A DNA stretch of 64,000 bases from an uncultured Erysipelotrichaceae bacterium. GTDB taxonomy: Bacteria > Bacillota_I > Bacilli_A > Erysipelotrichales > Erysipelotrichaceae. Positions 1 through 10,463 of this stretch are shown piece after piece (the first letter of the stretch is position 1; every line of letters begins with the position of its first letter). Under the pieces are notes generated by a model. It was not told the origin of the DNA, searched no databases, and saw nothing but the letters and a program-made list of their open reading frames with translations. Position numbers and translations under genes: made by a program. The stretch spans positions 3,386-67,385 of the forward strand of contig CALVCO010000002.1 of the NCBI GenBank assembly GCA_944326095.1, written 5' to 3'.

Positions 1-40
1 TATAAAAGAGAAAATAATAATTTTACAAGGAGTTAACCAA

Positions 41-715
41 ATGTTGATAAAAGATCTTCCAGAAATAGAAAAACCTCGTGAAAAAGCTTTAATGTATGGT
101 GTTCAATATTTGAGTAATAATGAATTGTTGGCACTTATTATTCGAAACGGTTATCAAAACACTAGTGCTATACAAATTGCTGAAGATTTAATTCATAAAG
201 CAAATGGTATTTCAAATATAAATAGTTTATGTATAAATGATTTATGTTCTATAAAAGGCATTAAAAAAGTTAAAGCTTTAGAATTAAAAGCCTGTTTTGA
301 ATTAGCTAGAAGAATGGCTTTAAGTGAAGTTTCAATGGAAACTAATTTAAATGATCCTCAAAAAATTGTAAAATGGTTACAATTAGAATTAGGTCATGAG
401 TCTCAAGAAAGATTTCTTGTTATTTTTTTAAATAATATGTGTCAATATCTTGCACATAAAGTATTATTTGTAGGTACAATTGATAAAAGTAATATCTATC
501 CTAGAGATATTATTGATGAGGCTTTAAAACAAAAAGCAATTAATATTATTTTAGTTCATAATCATCCAAGTAAAAATATCAATCCTTCAAAAGCAGATAG
601 AGAGGCTACTTTAATGATTATGAAAGCTATGAATCTTGTAGGTATAAGAGTTTTAGATCATTTGATTGTTTCAAATAGTGATTATTTTAGTTTTAAAGAG
701 CATTGTATTATATGA
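41..715 (+). CDS. radC: RadC-family JAB/MPN-domain protein
   Basis: 224 aa. JAMM-type motif ILVHNHPSKNINPSKADREAT near the C-terminus and an HhH-like N-terminal part. SD aaggag upstream of ATG 41; TGA stop. Confidence 0.85.
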   Translation: MLIKDLPEIEKPREKALMYGVQYLSNNELLALIIRNGYQNTSAIQIAEDLIHKANGISNINSLCINDLCSIKGIKKVKALELKACFELARRMALSEVSMETNLNDPQKIVKWLQLELGHESQERFLVIFLNNMCQYLAHKVLFVGTIDKSNIYPRDIIDEALKQKAINIILVHNHPSKNINPSKADREATLMIMKAMNLVGIRVLDHLIVSNSDYFSFKEHCII

Positions 716-764
716 AAAATGCAAAATTTATGATATACTCTTAAATATGAAAAGAGGAATTATC

Positions 765-1787
765 ATGAGAAAAAAAGTTGTTCAACTATTGATTGCTGTA
801 GTCTTATTGGTGCAATTAACAGGCTGTACTTCTTTAAATAATCAAGTTGCTTATACGGTATATCCTATAGGCTATATAATTCAAAGAATAACGCAAGATA
901 CTACTAGTTATCATTCTATACAAACTAATGATATAGTTCAAAGAGCTACTGTCGTTGATAATTATCAAGAAATTTTAGAAAATAGCGATGTTTTATTTGA
1001 AATAGGGCAAGTAGAACCTTACATTACTTTATATCGAACTAATATAAATCAAATGGTGGATGATATAGAATATTTATCGGTTTTAAATGCTACTTACTTA
1101 TTCCAACGATATACCCCTGTATATAATGGTACGGAAGTTACATATATAGAATCTCCATATTATGATTCGGAATTATTTGATAATGTAGATATTAATGAAA
1201 AAGATATGTATTTATGGATGGATCCTATTGCTATGTTGAGCATGGCTAAAGATATAACATCTTGGTATGAAGAACATTATCCTGATAATGCAAATATGTA
1301 TCGTGAAAATTGTGAAAAATTGGAAAATGAATTGGTTCAATTAGATGGCGATTATCAAAAATTAGCTTCAGAAAATTTATTAGAAAATAAATCGATTAAA
1401 TTTGTTAGTATGACAGCTAGTTTTGGTTCTTGGCAAAAAGCTTATAATATTGAAGTTTATCCGGTAATTTTAAGTAAATATGGATCATTACCTACTGAAA
1501 AGCAATTGGAAGTCATAATTGATAAAATTAGACAAGATAATGTGCAATATATAGCTTATGAACCAAATATGACTGATGATATGATTGAATTATTTAATAG
1601 AATTCAACAAGAATTGAATCTTACACGGGTAGATTTAAGTAATCTTAGTAGTTTGACTGAAGAACAACAAAGTCAAGGCAAAGATTATATTTCAATAATG
1701 TATGAGAATTTGCAGACATTAGAAGGTATGGCCACAAGTATTGTTCCTGAAGGAATGACGCAAAATTCAGATAATCTTGAACAATGA
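765..1787 (+). CDS. Lipoprotein, cluster A-I (ZnuA/PsaA/TroA-like) solute-binding protein homologue with degenerate metal site
   Basis: The ORF-track start at 666 overlaps radC. ATG 765 follows SD agagga and gives MRKKVV...LTGC (lipobox). Family blocks are present: YTVYPIGY, DMYLWMDP..YRENCEKLENEL, FVSMTASFGSWQKAYNI, YIAYEPNMTDDM. No ABC ATPase or permease lies adjacent. Confidence 0.6.
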   Translation: MRKKVVQLLIAVVLLVQLTGCTSLNNQVAYTVYPIGYIIQRITQDTTSYHSIQTNDIVQRATVVDNYQEILENSDVLFEIGQVEPYITLYRTNINQMVDDIEYLSVLNATYLFQRYTPVYNGTEVTYIESPYYDSELFDNVDINEKDMYLWMDPIAMLSMAKDITSWYEEHYPDNANMYRENCEKLENELVQLDGDYQKLASENLLENKSIKFVSMTASFGSWQKAYNIEVYPVILSKYGSLPTEKQLEVIIDKIRQDNVQYIAYEPNMTDDMIELFNRIQQELNLTRVDLSNLSSLTEEQQSQGKDYISIMYENLQTLEGMATSIVPEGMTQNSDNLEQ

Positions 1788-1811
1788 AGTAGATAATTCT
1801 GCTTCATTTTT
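1785..1811 (+). terminator. Rho-independent terminator after the lipoprotein gene
   Basis: Hairpin tgaagtag/ctgcttca (one G-U pair) followed by atttttat. Confidence 0.5.
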
Positions 1812-1845
1812 ATACTATATATACGAAAGGAGATACTAATAACTT

Positions 1846-4431
1846 ATGGAAAAAATGTTGATGGTTGATGGTAATTCCATGTTATTTAGAGCATTTTATA
1901 GTAATTCTTCTCAACTTTTAATGACAAGTAATGGAATATATACAAATGCGGTCTATGGATTTGCAATGATGTTTCAAAAGGCTATCGAAATGATTGAACC
2001 AGATTATGTATTCGTAGCTTTTGATGCAGGTAAACATACTTTTAGACACGATATGTTTGCTGATTATAAAGGGGGAAGAAAAGAGGTACCATCAGAATTA
2101 GTTGGACAATTCCAATTGATTCGCGAATATCTAGATGCTTTTAATATTAAGTGGTTAGAGATGCAAGATATAGAAGCTGACGATATTATAGGTTCCTTGG
2201 CTAAAAAATATCCACAGTGTCAAATGCATATATTATCGAGTGATAAAGATTTATTACAATTAGTTGATGATACCACAACTGTATGGTTAATGCGTAAGGG
2301 TGTGGGTAATATGGAAAAAATGGATGAAGAAGGAGTATTAGAACGCTTTGGTTTAAAGCCTAAGCAAATTATCGATCTTAAGGGGTTGATGGGAGATAGT
2401 TCAGATAATATACCAGGAATTTATGGCATTGGTGAAAAGACTGCAATTAAGCTTTTGCATGATTATAATAGTGTAGAAAATTTAATTGATCATGTTGATG
2501 AATTAAAAGGTAAGCTTAAAGAAAAAATAATTAATGGTAAAGAAAGTGCTTTATTAAGCAAAAAATTAGCTACGATAAAAACAGATGTTGATCTTAATTT
2601 AGAACTAAATGATTGCCTTTTTATACCAAATTATCAAACATTAATAAAATATTTAAAAAGTTTAGAAATGAATAGTTTAGTTGCTAAATATGAAGATAAA
2701 TTAGTAGATCAAGTAATAGAAAAAAATGATGAAGATATTAGCATAAATATTATTAAAACAATTGATCCTTTGAAATTTAAAGATGGTATAGCTATAGTAT
2801 TTGATCAAACAAGCCCTAGTTTTATGGATGCTAAAATAATTGGTGCAGCTATAGCTAATGGTAAGGAATGCTTTTATATTTATTTAGAAGATTTATTATC
2901 ACAATTAGATATATTAAAAGAAATTAATATTATAGGTTATGACGTTAAATATAATTATCATCTTTTAAGTAATACTAATATTGATCTTACATTTGCTTTT
3001 GATACAATGGTATCTTGCTTTTTAGTTAATTCTTTATTGAATAGTTGGGATAAAATTTTGATGGAATATCATTTACATCAAGATTTTGAACATAAGGATG
3101 TTTATGGTACAGAAGATAAATTAATTTTACGCGATGAACAAATGGCTTTAAGATATTGTTGCCAAAAAGCTAGTAATATTTATGAGCTTTATATACAAAC
3201 TAAAGATAAATTAACTCAATATGATTTAAATAAGCTTTTTTATGAAATTGAAATGCCTTTGACAAAGGTATTATTTAAGATGGAAAAAGAAGGAATCTTT
3301 GTTGATGAACAAAAGCTAGATGAAATAGCTCAAGATTGTAAACAACAAATTGATGCTGCTAGCAGTAAAATTTATGCATATGTTAATCATGAATTTAATT
3401 TAAACTCACCTAAACAATTAGCTAGTGTTTTATTTGATGAGTTACAATTGCCTAGTGGTAAAAAAAGAAGTACTTCCCAAGAAGTATTAGAAAAGTTGTT
3501 GGGTATGCATCCAATAATTGAATTGATATTAGATTATCGCAAATGGCAAAAAATATATTCTACTTATGCTCAAGGTTTAAAGAAATATATTTATAAAGAT
3601 CATAAAATTCATACAACATTTAATCAATGCATTTCGGAAACTGGAAGACTTTCTAGTTCTAATCCAAATTTACAAAACATCTCAGTAAGAAATGAAGAGG
3701 GTAGAATGATCCGTAAGGCCTTTTTACCTACTAAAGGAAATGTTTTAATCTCTAGTGATTATTCACAAATAGAATTAAGAATGTTAGCACATATGGCTGA
3801 TGAAAAAGCTTTGATTGAAGCATTTAATCATGGTTTAGATATTCATACTAAAACCGCCATGGATGTATTTGGGGTTTCTAAAGATGAAGTTGATGGTGAT
3901 ATGCGTCGTAAAGCTAAAGCAGTTAATTTTGGCATTGTATATGGAATTAGTGATTTTGGTTTAGCTACGCAATTACATATTTCTCGAAAAGATGCAAAAA
4001 GCTATATTGATGGTTATTTAGCTAGTTATCCAGGTATTCATAAATATATGGAAAATATAATTGATTATTGCGAAGAACATGGCTATGTAAAAACTATTAG
4101 TAATCGTAGAAGAATGATTCCAGAAATTTATAATAAAAGTTTTATGGTTAAAGAGTTTGGAAAAAGAGCGGCAATGAATGCACCTATTCAAGGATCAGCT
4201 GCTGACTTAATTAAAATTGCGATGATTAATATTGATAAAGCTATGGAAGAAAAAGGTTGTCGTTCTAAAATGATATTACAAGTTCATGATGAATTGATTT
4301 TTGATGTATATAAGGAGGAGGAAGAATTGATGAAAGATATAATTCGTGATGGCATGGAACATGCAATGAAATTGAAAGTTGTCTTAAAAGCTGATTGTAA
4401 AGTCGGAAAGACATGGTACGAGGCTAAATAA
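1846..4431 (+). CDS. polA: DNA polymerase I
   Basis: 861 aa. 5'-nuclease N-terminus (MLMVDGNSMLFRAF, GIYGIGEKTA). Pol motifs A (LISSDYSQIELRMLAH), B (RRKAKAVNFGIVYG) and C (QVHDELIF). The central 3'-5' exo-like region lacks DxE (VFDQTS), as in other Firmicute Pol I. Confidence 0.95.
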   Translation: MEKMLMVDGNSMLFRAFYSNSSQLLMTSNGIYTNAVYGFAMMFQKAIEMIEPDYVFVAFDAGKHTFRHDMFADYKGGRKEVPSELVGQFQLIREYLDAFNIKWLEMQDIEADDIIGSLAKKYPQCQMHILSSDKDLLQLVDDTTTVWLMRKGVGNMEKMDEEGVLERFGLKPKQIIDLKGLMGDSSDNIPGIYGIGEKTAIKLLHDYNSVENLIDHVDELKGKLKEKIINGKESALLSKKLATIKTDVDLNLELNDCLFIPNYQTLIKYLKSLEMNSLVAKYEDKLVDQVIEKNDEDISINIIKTIDPLKFKDGIAIVFDQTSPSFMDAKIIGAAIANGKECFYIYLEDLLSQLDILKEINIIGYDVKYNYHLLSNTNIDLTFAFDTMVSCFLVNSLLNSWDKILMEYHLHQDFEHKDVYGTEDKLILRDEQMALRYCCQKASNIYELYIQTKDKLTQYDLNKLFYEIEMPLTKVLFKMEKEGIFVDEQKLDEIAQDCKQQIDAASSKIYAYVNHEFNLNSPKQLASVLFDELQLPSGKKRSTSQEVLEKLLGMHPIIELILDYRKWQKIYSTYAQGLKKYIYKDHKIHTTFNQCISETGRLSSSNPNLQNISVRNEEGRMIRKAFLPTKGNVLISSDYSQIELRMLAHMADEKALIEAFNHGLDIHTKTAMDVFGVSKDEVDGDMRRKAKAVNFGIVYGISDFGLATQLHISRKDAKSYIDGYLASYPGIHKYMENIIDYCEEHGYVKTISNRRRMIPEIYNKSFMVKEFGKRAAMNAPIQGSAADLIKIAMINIDKAMEEKGCRSKMILQVHDELIFDVYKEEEELMKDIIRDGMEHAMKLKVVLKADCKVGKTWYEAK

Positions 4432-5249
4432 TGCCAGAATTACCGGAAGTTGAAACAGTTCTAAGAACCTTAGAAAATCGCATCAAAGATCAAGAAATAG
4501 TAAATATTAATATATTATATGAACCAATTGTTGGAAATAAAGATTTGTTTGTTAATAGTTTACTACATCAACATTTTAGAGATTTTTATCGTAGGGGAAA
4601 ATATTTAATCTTTAAAATGGATGATGTATATTTTGTATCTCATTTGCGTATGGAAGGAAAATATTATATTCAAAAACCAGATGAGCCTACAAATAAGCAT
4701 AATCATATTATTTTTACCTTAAGTAATGGCATGGAATTAAGGTATAATGATACTAGAAAATTTGGTAGGATGGAAATTTATCCTTTAAGTACTGATTTAA
4801 ATTATTTACATAATTTAGGAGTAGAACCACTTAGCGATAAATTCAATCTTGAATATTTAAAACCAATATTAAATAAAAGTTCCCATTCAATTAAACAAGA
4901 TTTATTAGATCAACATATTATTGCTGGAATTGGGAATATCTATGCTGATGAAATTTGTTTTTATGCTAAAATTAATCCAGCATGTAAATCTAAAAATTTA
5001 GATGATAAGACAATTAATTTATTAGTTGAAGGTACAAAAGAAATATTACAACAGGCAATAAAAGCAGGAGGAACAACTATTCGTTCATATACTTCTAGTT
5101 TAGGTGTAACTGGACGCTTTCAACTATCTTGTAAAGTACATCAAAAAGAAAATCAACCTTGTGATATCTGTGGATCTATAATCAAAAAAACAGTTGTAGC
5201 TGGAAGGGGAACTTATTATTGTCCTTCTTGCCAAAAAGAGGAAATATAA
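4431..5249 (+). CDS. mutM: Formamidopyrimidine-DNA glycosylase
   Basis: 272 aa. N-terminal MPELPEVETV and C-terminal zinc finger CDICG..x..YYCPSCQ. Its ATG overlaps the polA stop (TAATG). Confidence 0.95.
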   Translation: MPELPEVETVLRTLENRIKDQEIVNINILYEPIVGNKDLFVNSLLHQHFRDFYRRGKYLIFKMDDVYFVSHLRMEGKYYIQKPDEPTNKHNHIIFTLSNGMELRYNDTRKFGRMEIYPLSTDLNYLHNLGVEPLSDKFNLEYLKPILNKSSHSIKQDLLDQHIIAGIGNIYADEICFYAKINPACKSKNLDDKTINLLVEGTKEILQQAIKAGGTTIRSYTSSLGVTGRFQLSCKVHQKENQPCDICGSIIKKTVVAGRGTYYCPSCQKEEI

Positions 5250-5812
5250 TGAAAATTGCGATTTGTGGTACAATTGCTAGTGGAAAGAGTGAAGTATGTA
5301 AAGAAATTGCTAAAAAATATCCAGTATTAAATTGTGATGAATTAGCTAAACAATGTTATAATCCTAAACATGAAGCATATAATAAAATTGTTCAATTATT
5401 TGGTGAAGAAATACTGAATCAACAGTTGATTGATTTAAAGAGTATAGCTAAAATAATATTCGAAGATTCAAATAAAAGAAAAAGCTTGGAAAATATTATT
5501 CATCCCTATGTAAAAAAAGAAATTCTAGCATTAAATGATAGTTATAATTTTGTAGAAATTGCTTTATTATTTGAATGTGGATGGGAAGATTTATTTGATA
5601 AAATAGTCTTAGTTACTTGTGATATGCAAATTGCAATTGATAGGATGATTAAAAATCGTGGTTATGATTATAATCATGCATTAGCACGTTTAAATTCGCA
5701 ATTTGATCCTAAAGTACAAATAGCTAAGTCAGATTATGTTATATATAATAATTCAACTAAAGAGAATTTAGTTGTAGAAGTAGAAAAAATGTTAGAAAGG
5801 ATTATACAATGA
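5249..5812 (+). CDS. coaE: Dephospho-CoA kinase
   Basis: Start moved to ATG 5249 (MKIAICGTIASGKS, P-loop), which overlaps the mutM stop; SD aagagga. Classic polA-mutM-coaE synteny. Confidence 0.9.
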   Translation: MKIAICGTIASGKSEVCKEIAKKYPVLNCDELAKQCYNPKHEAYNKIVQLFGEEILNQQLIDLKSIAKIIFEDSNKRKSLENIIHPYVKKEILALNDSYNFVEIALLFECGWEDLFDKIVLVTCDMQIAIDRMIKNRGYDYNHALARLNSQFDPKVQIAKSDYVIYNNSTKENLVVEVEKMLERIIQ

Positions 5813-6975
5813 TGGAATTAAAAGCTAAAGATACATATCGAATTCAAGTCCAAGATTTTTTATCACCACTATTGAATTCATCACTATTATCTTTATATCA
5901 ACCAATCATTGGTCCTTATGCTACACTTTTATATCTAACTTTGATAAATGAAGGAATTCATCAAAGAAGCTTAGAAAATCATGGTAGACTATGTGAAATA
6001 TTAAATGTGAATATAGTAGACTTATATAAAGCTAGATGTAAATTGGAAGAGTTTAATTTGATTAATAGTTATGTAAAGACATCAGATGATCGTTGTAGCT
6101 ATATTTATAATATTAATTATCCTTTATCTCCAGATAGTTTTTTTAAAAATGAATTATTTATTAAATTACTTATTCGTTCTATTGGCACTAAACAATTTGA
6201 ATTAACTGCTAGTAAATTAATTAATAATAAAGCAAATTTAGAAGATTATAAAAATATTAGTTCTAAAATGCGAGATGATGAAATTGCTACTTTAAAATTA
6301 GATGAAATTAAAATTAATAAAGTTCGTCCTAAATATAGTTTTATTAATCAAGATAATATAAAATTTGATTATGATCGCTTTTTTAAGAAAATCAGTGCTT
6401 TAGTATTTCCTATTGAACTTAGAACGGAAACAAATTTAAAAATTATTGGAGAAATTGCTTGTTTAAATGGAATAAGTGTAGATGAGATGATAATTTTAGT
6501 AGGTAATAGTATTGATTTTCAAAAGAAAGAATTTAATATTGAATATCTTAAAAAAGCTGCTGCTAAAATAAGCAATGGTAAATTAAATACTAAAGATATT
6601 TATCAATCAAGTCCAATTGCTTTTTTACAAGCTAAGCAAAATGGTGTAGAGATTGCTAGTAGTGATAGAATGATCTTAGAATCTTTAGCATATAAACATG
6701 GTTTATCAAATGAAGTAATAAATACATTGATTGAATATGTTTTAAAAATTAATCAAAATCGTTTGATATATAATTTTGTAGATAAAATTGCTAGTGAATG
6801 GATTAGAGATGGTGTTAAAACACGAGAAGAAGCTCTTAAAGCTTGTAATAAAGATAATAATAAAAAAGGAAATAAGCCTATGCGCATTATGCCAGAATAT
6901 CATCAACAAAATGATGATGATACGGATCGTGATGCTTTATTAGCTAAACTTAAAAAGGAGTTTAATAATGGATAA
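5809..6975 (+). CDS. dnaB: Replication initiation and membrane attachment protein (Bacillus-type DnaB, DnaD-like domains; not the helicase)
   Basis: 388 aa. N-terminal LSLYQPIIGPYATLLYLTL block typical of the DnaB/DnaD family. Lies immediately upstream of and overlapping dnaI. Confidence 0.7.
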   Translation: MMELKAKDTYRIQVQDFLSPLLNSSLLSLYQPIIGPYATLLYLTLINEGIHQRSLENHGRLCEILNVNIVDLYKARCKLEEFNLINSYVKTSDDRCSYIYNINYPLSPDSFFKNELFIKLLIRSIGTKQFELTASKLINNKANLEDYKNISSKMRDDEIATLKLDEIKINKVRPKYSFINQDNIKFDYDRFFKKISALVFPIELRTETNLKIIGEIACLNGISVDEMIILVGNSIDFQKKEFNIEYLKKAAAKISNGKLNTKDIYQSSPIAFLQAKQNGVEIASSDRMILESLAYKHGLSNEVINTLIEYVLKINQNRLIYNFVDKIASEWIRDGVKTREEALKACNKDNNKKGNKPMRIMPEYHQQNDDDTDRDALLAKLKKEFNNG

Positions 6976-7855
6976 GATTAATTTAAAAATAGAACAAATT
7001 GATAATAGTCAATTGATTGAATATTTAAGTAAAGATCCATTGATAATTAAGCTTTTTAAACAAAAAGGATTTAAAAAAGAATTATTAAGTAAATATCCAA
7101 ATAAATTTTTACGTTATTTGCAAAATAATAGAATATGTCAAAATTGCCAAGGTTTAGAAAATTGTAAACAAAATTTAGAAGGTAAATATTTAGATATTGA
7201 CTTTGAAGGTATGTTGATTGAAACTTATCGTGATTGTAATTTTAAAAAGGAATACGCGAAAAGAATTGATCATTTAAAATATTATTATCAATGTGATTTA
7301 CCTAAAGCTCATTTAGATGTAGAATTTAAAAAAATTAATTTAGATAATGAAAATGCAAATTATCTTAAAGTGTTATGGCAATTAAATAATCTTTGTGAAA
7401 ATAATGAAAATGTATATTTATATGGAACAATGGGTAGTGGCAAGAGTTATTTAGCGGCTTGTGCTAGTAATTATCATGCAAAAAAGATGGAAAGAGTAGC
7501 ATTTGTTCATGTTCCTAGCTTTTCATTAAAATTAAAAAGCTTAATTAATAATAATGAATATGAACCTTTTGTTGATGAATTAAAAAGAGCGAAATTTGTT
7601 GTTTTTGATGATATAGGGGCTGAGAAGATTTCTGGATGGTTTAGAGATGATATCTTATTAACTATCTTAAATTATCGTATGGAAAATAATTTATGTACTT
7701 GGTATACCTCAAATGAAGATCTTAAAAGCTTAGAAAATCATTATTCTTTAGCTAATGATGATAAATTGAAAGCGGTTAGGTTGTTAGAAAGAATAAAAAC
7801 TAATACCAAAATAATCGAATTATCGCAAAAAGATAGAAGATTAATTTGTTTATAG
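6968..7855 (+). CDS. dnaI: Primosomal helicase loader DnaI
   Basis: 295 aa. N-terminal Cys-rich module (CQNCQGLENC), Walker A GTMGSGKS and Walker B VVFDDIG. Confidence 0.85.
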   Translation: MDKINLKIEQIDNSQLIEYLSKDPLIIKLFKQKGFKKELLSKYPNKFLRYLQNNRICQNCQGLENCKQNLEGKYLDIDFEGMLIETYRDCNFKKEYAKRIDHLKYYYQCDLPKAHLDVEFKKINLDNENANYLKVLWQLNNLCENNENVYLYGTMGSGKSYLAACASNYHAKKMERVAFVHVPSFSLKLKSLINNNEYEPFVDELKRAKFVVFDDIGAEKISGWFRDDILLTILNYRMENNLCTWYTSNEDLKSLENHYSLANDDKLKAVRLLERIKTNTKIIELSQKDRRLICL

Positions 7856-7900
7856 ATTATTAAAATGGTAAAATATTAATGTCATTAAAGGAGATTTCTT

Positions 7901-8863
7901 ATGGTTAGAAAAATTGGTATTTTAACTTCTGGTGGTGATGCTCCGGGTATGAACGCAGCAATACGTTCAGTGACACGTGTTGCATTAGCCAATGGTATTG
8001 AAGTGGTAGGAATAAGAGATGGATATCGTGGTTTGGTTAATGGTATGTTTGAACCACTTACTAAACGTGATGTTTCAGATATGGTAGATAGAGGAGGAAC
8101 AAAATTAGGCTCTGCTCGTTTACCAGAATTTAAAGATGATGACGTACAAGAAAAAGCTGTTAAACAATTGAATGAACATGGAATAGATGCGATTGTTGTA
8201 ATCGGTGGGGATGGATCATATCGTGGTGCTATGTCTTTGACAAAACGTGGTATAAACTGCATAGGTTTACCAGGTACTATTGATAATGATATTCCAGGTA
8301 CAGATTTTACCATCGGTTTTGATACGGCATTACAAACTTGTGTAGAAAATGTCGATAAATTGCGTGATACTTCAAGTAGCCACCATCGTTGTTCAGTGGT
8401 GGAAGTAATGGGTAATCATTGCGGTGATTTGGCAGTTTGGACAGCAATTAGTTGTGGTGCAGAAATAGTTATTACTCCAGAAACTGGCTATGATGAGCTA
8501 GATATTTTAGAGCGTTTACGTTATCTAGATAAAGCTGCTAAGAAAAATCATGCAATAGTTATTATTTCCGAAAAAATTACTGATTGTGAATCATTGGCAC
8601 GTAAGATTTCTTTAAATACTGGCTTTAGTGGCCGAGCAACTGTTTTAGGACATATCCAAAGAGGTGGAAGTCCAACACCAAGAGATCGTGTATTAGCTGC
8701 TCGAATGGGTGAAAAAGCTGTAGATTTATTAATGGAAGGCATTGGTGGACATTGTGTAGGTATTATCGACAATAAAATTATCTCAATGCCAATAAATGAA
8801 GCTTTAGAAACACCTAGAAGATCTAGAAAAGAATTTTATCGCTTGTTTGACAATTTAATTTAG
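7901..8863 (+). CDS. pfkA: ATP-dependent 6-phosphofructokinase
   Basis: 320 aa. Motifs GILTSGGDAPGMNAAIR, VIGGDGSYRGA, PGTIDNDI and LGHIQRGG. Confidence 0.95.
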   Translation: MVRKIGILTSGGDAPGMNAAIRSVTRVALANGIEVVGIRDGYRGLVNGMFEPLTKRDVSDMVDRGGTKLGSARLPEFKDDDVQEKAVKQLNEHGIDAIVVIGGDGSYRGAMSLTKRGINCIGLPGTIDNDIPGTDFTIGFDTALQTCVENVDKLRDTSSSHHRCSVVEVMGNHCGDLAVWTAISCGAEIVITPETGYDELDILERLRYLDKAAKKNHAIVIISEKITDCESLARKISLNTGFSGRATVLGHIQRGGSPTPRDRVLAARMGEKAVDLLMEGIGGHCVGIIDNKIISMPINEALETPRRSRKEFYRLFDNLI

Positions 8864-8871
8864 GAGGAAAT

Positions 8872-10293
8872 ATGTTAGGTAAAAAAACAAAAGTGGTATG
8901 TACTATCGGACCAGCAAGTGAAAATCCAGAAACAATTGAAGGATTAGCACGTGCAGGTATGAATATAGTACGTTTAAATTTCTCTCATGGCAGTCATGAA
9001 GAACATCTTAAACGTATTGAAATGGTTCGTGAAGTTAGTGATAGAACCGGTATTAACCTTGGTATAATGCTTGATACTAAAGGCCCAGAAATTCGTTGTG
9101 GTGCTTTTAAAAATGATGTTGAAGAATATACTAAAGGGGAAATTGTTTATGTTACAAAGGCCGATATTATCGGTACACATGAACGCTTCCATATTCAATG
9201 CCCAGAATTATTCAATGATATTAAGGCAGGCAATTATATTCTAATAAATGATGGTAAGATGAAACTTACAGTATTAGAAAATGATGGTAATGAATTAAAG
9301 TGTCGCATTGAAGTAAGTGGTCCAATTAGTACTAAAAAAGGATGCAATGTTCCTGGCGTAAAATTATCTATGCCATTCATTTCTGAAAAAGATGAATCTG
9401 ATATTCGCTTTGGTTGTAAGAATGATGTAGATTTTATCGCAGCTAGTTTTGTTAGAAGAGCTGAAGATGTTGACCAAATTCGTAAGATTTTAATTGAAGA
9501 AGGTAAACCAACTATTCAAATTATTGCAAAAATTGAAAACCAAGAAGGTTATGACAATATTGAAAGTATTTTAGATGCGGCTGATGGTGTCATGGTTGCT
9601 CGTGGTGATTTAGGAGTTGAAATTGAACCACAATTAGTACCTATTTATCAAAAACAAATTATTAAAATGGCTAATAAAGTTGGTAAACCAGTAATTACGG
9701 CAACTCATATGTTAGATAGTATGACAGCAAATCCTCGTTGTACTCGTGCAGAAGCAAGTGACGTTGCGAATGCTGTATTAGATGGCTCTGATGGTGTTAT
9801 GTTAAGTGCTGAAAGTGCAAGTGGTGAATATCCAATTGAAGCTTGTAAGATGATGGCAACGATTGCTGAAGCTGCTGAAAAGATTATTCCGTATCGTGAA
9901 AGACTTGATATTTCTAAACAATCAAGTAAACGTACAGTACAAGATGCTATTGGTATTTCTGTATCAGATGCAACATTAACCTTAGAAAATGTAGCTGCTA
10001 TCGTAGCATTTACGCAAGGCGGAACTACGGCTAGAAGAATTAGTAAATTTAGACCATGTGTTCCTATTTTAGCAGTAACATTTACTAAAGATACTCAACG
10101 TAAACTTGAATCTTATTGGGGAGTTACACCAATCTTATCTGATATTCAAAATGATTTAACAAATGATGATGAATTAGCAAGTACATTGGCTAAAGGATAT
10201 GGTGTTAAACCTGGACAATTAATCATATTAACAGCTGGTTATCCTACAGGAGAAGGTTCAGCTAATATGATGAAAATTATCGAAGTTAAATAG
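8872..10293 (+). CDS. pyk: Pyruvate kinase
   Basis: 473 aa. Motifs TIGPAS, NFSHG, MVARGDLGVEI and VMLSAESA. No C-terminal PEP-utilizer extension. Confidence 0.95.
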   Translation: MLGKKTKVVCTIGPASENPETIEGLARAGMNIVRLNFSHGSHEEHLKRIEMVREVSDRTGINLGIMLDTKGPEIRCGAFKNDVEEYTKGEIVYVTKADIIGTHERFHIQCPELFNDIKAGNYILINDGKMKLTVLENDGNELKCRIEVSGPISTKKGCNVPGVKLSMPFISEKDESDIRFGCKNDVDFIAASFVRRAEDVDQIRKILIEEGKPTIQIIAKIENQEGYDNIESILDAADGVMVARGDLGVEIEPQLVPIYQKQIIKMANKVGKPVITATHMLDSMTANPRCTRAEASDVANAVLDGSDGVMLSAESASGEYPIEACKMMATIAEAAEKIIPYRERLDISKQSSKRTVQDAIGISVSDATLTLENVAAIVAFTQGGTTARRISKFRPCVPILAVTFTKDTQRKLESYWGVTPILSDIQNDLTNDDELASTLAKGYGVKPGQLIILTAGYPTGEGSANMMKIIEVK

Positions 10294-10318
10294 ATGTCAT
10301 TAATTTGACATCTTTTTT
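10292..10318 (+). terminator. Rho-independent terminator of pfkA-pyk
   Basis: Perfect 8-bp stem agatgtca/tgacatct, loop ttaatt, then TTTTT. Confidence 0.8.
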
Positions 10319-10463
10319 ATTATTTCATAAGGGATAAACATGTGTCATGAAGTATAAAAAGATTTGATAAAAACTAAAATATATCTTCAATATATTCCAT
10401 TGATGAATCAGTAAATTCGACAGGCAATGAATAAAAATCGTATGTAGGAATAATGGAGAAAAC

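Noticed and set aside
666-764. N-terminal extensions in the ORF track. This one overlaps radC; similar cases start at 5219, 11303, 18360, 18907, 19851, 27258, 28792, 40887, 44620, 45386, 49537, 50345, 56448, 60002(-) and 60016.
   Set aside because: In every case a downstream ATG preceded by a good SD gives the expected family N-terminus (lipobox, P-loop and so on). The extension would overlap the previous gene, a terminator or a riboswitch/T-box.
7885-8313. A 142-aa ORF antisense to the 5' half of pfkA, which is unusually long for an AT-rich genome.
   Set aside because: It lies entirely opposite a strongly conserved, codon-biased gene. The translation is low-complexity and Pro/Ser/Thr-rich, and there is no SD. 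This is the typical shadow frame of an RNY-biased, highly expressed gene.
7901-10293. Locally higher G+C in pfkA-pyk (and also in pstS, rpsD and purA) as a sign of horizontal transfer.
   Set aside because: These are classic highly expressed genes. The shift is explained by translational codon bias (NNC/NNT preferred codons, GGT/CGT usage), and the flanks show no mobility signatures.
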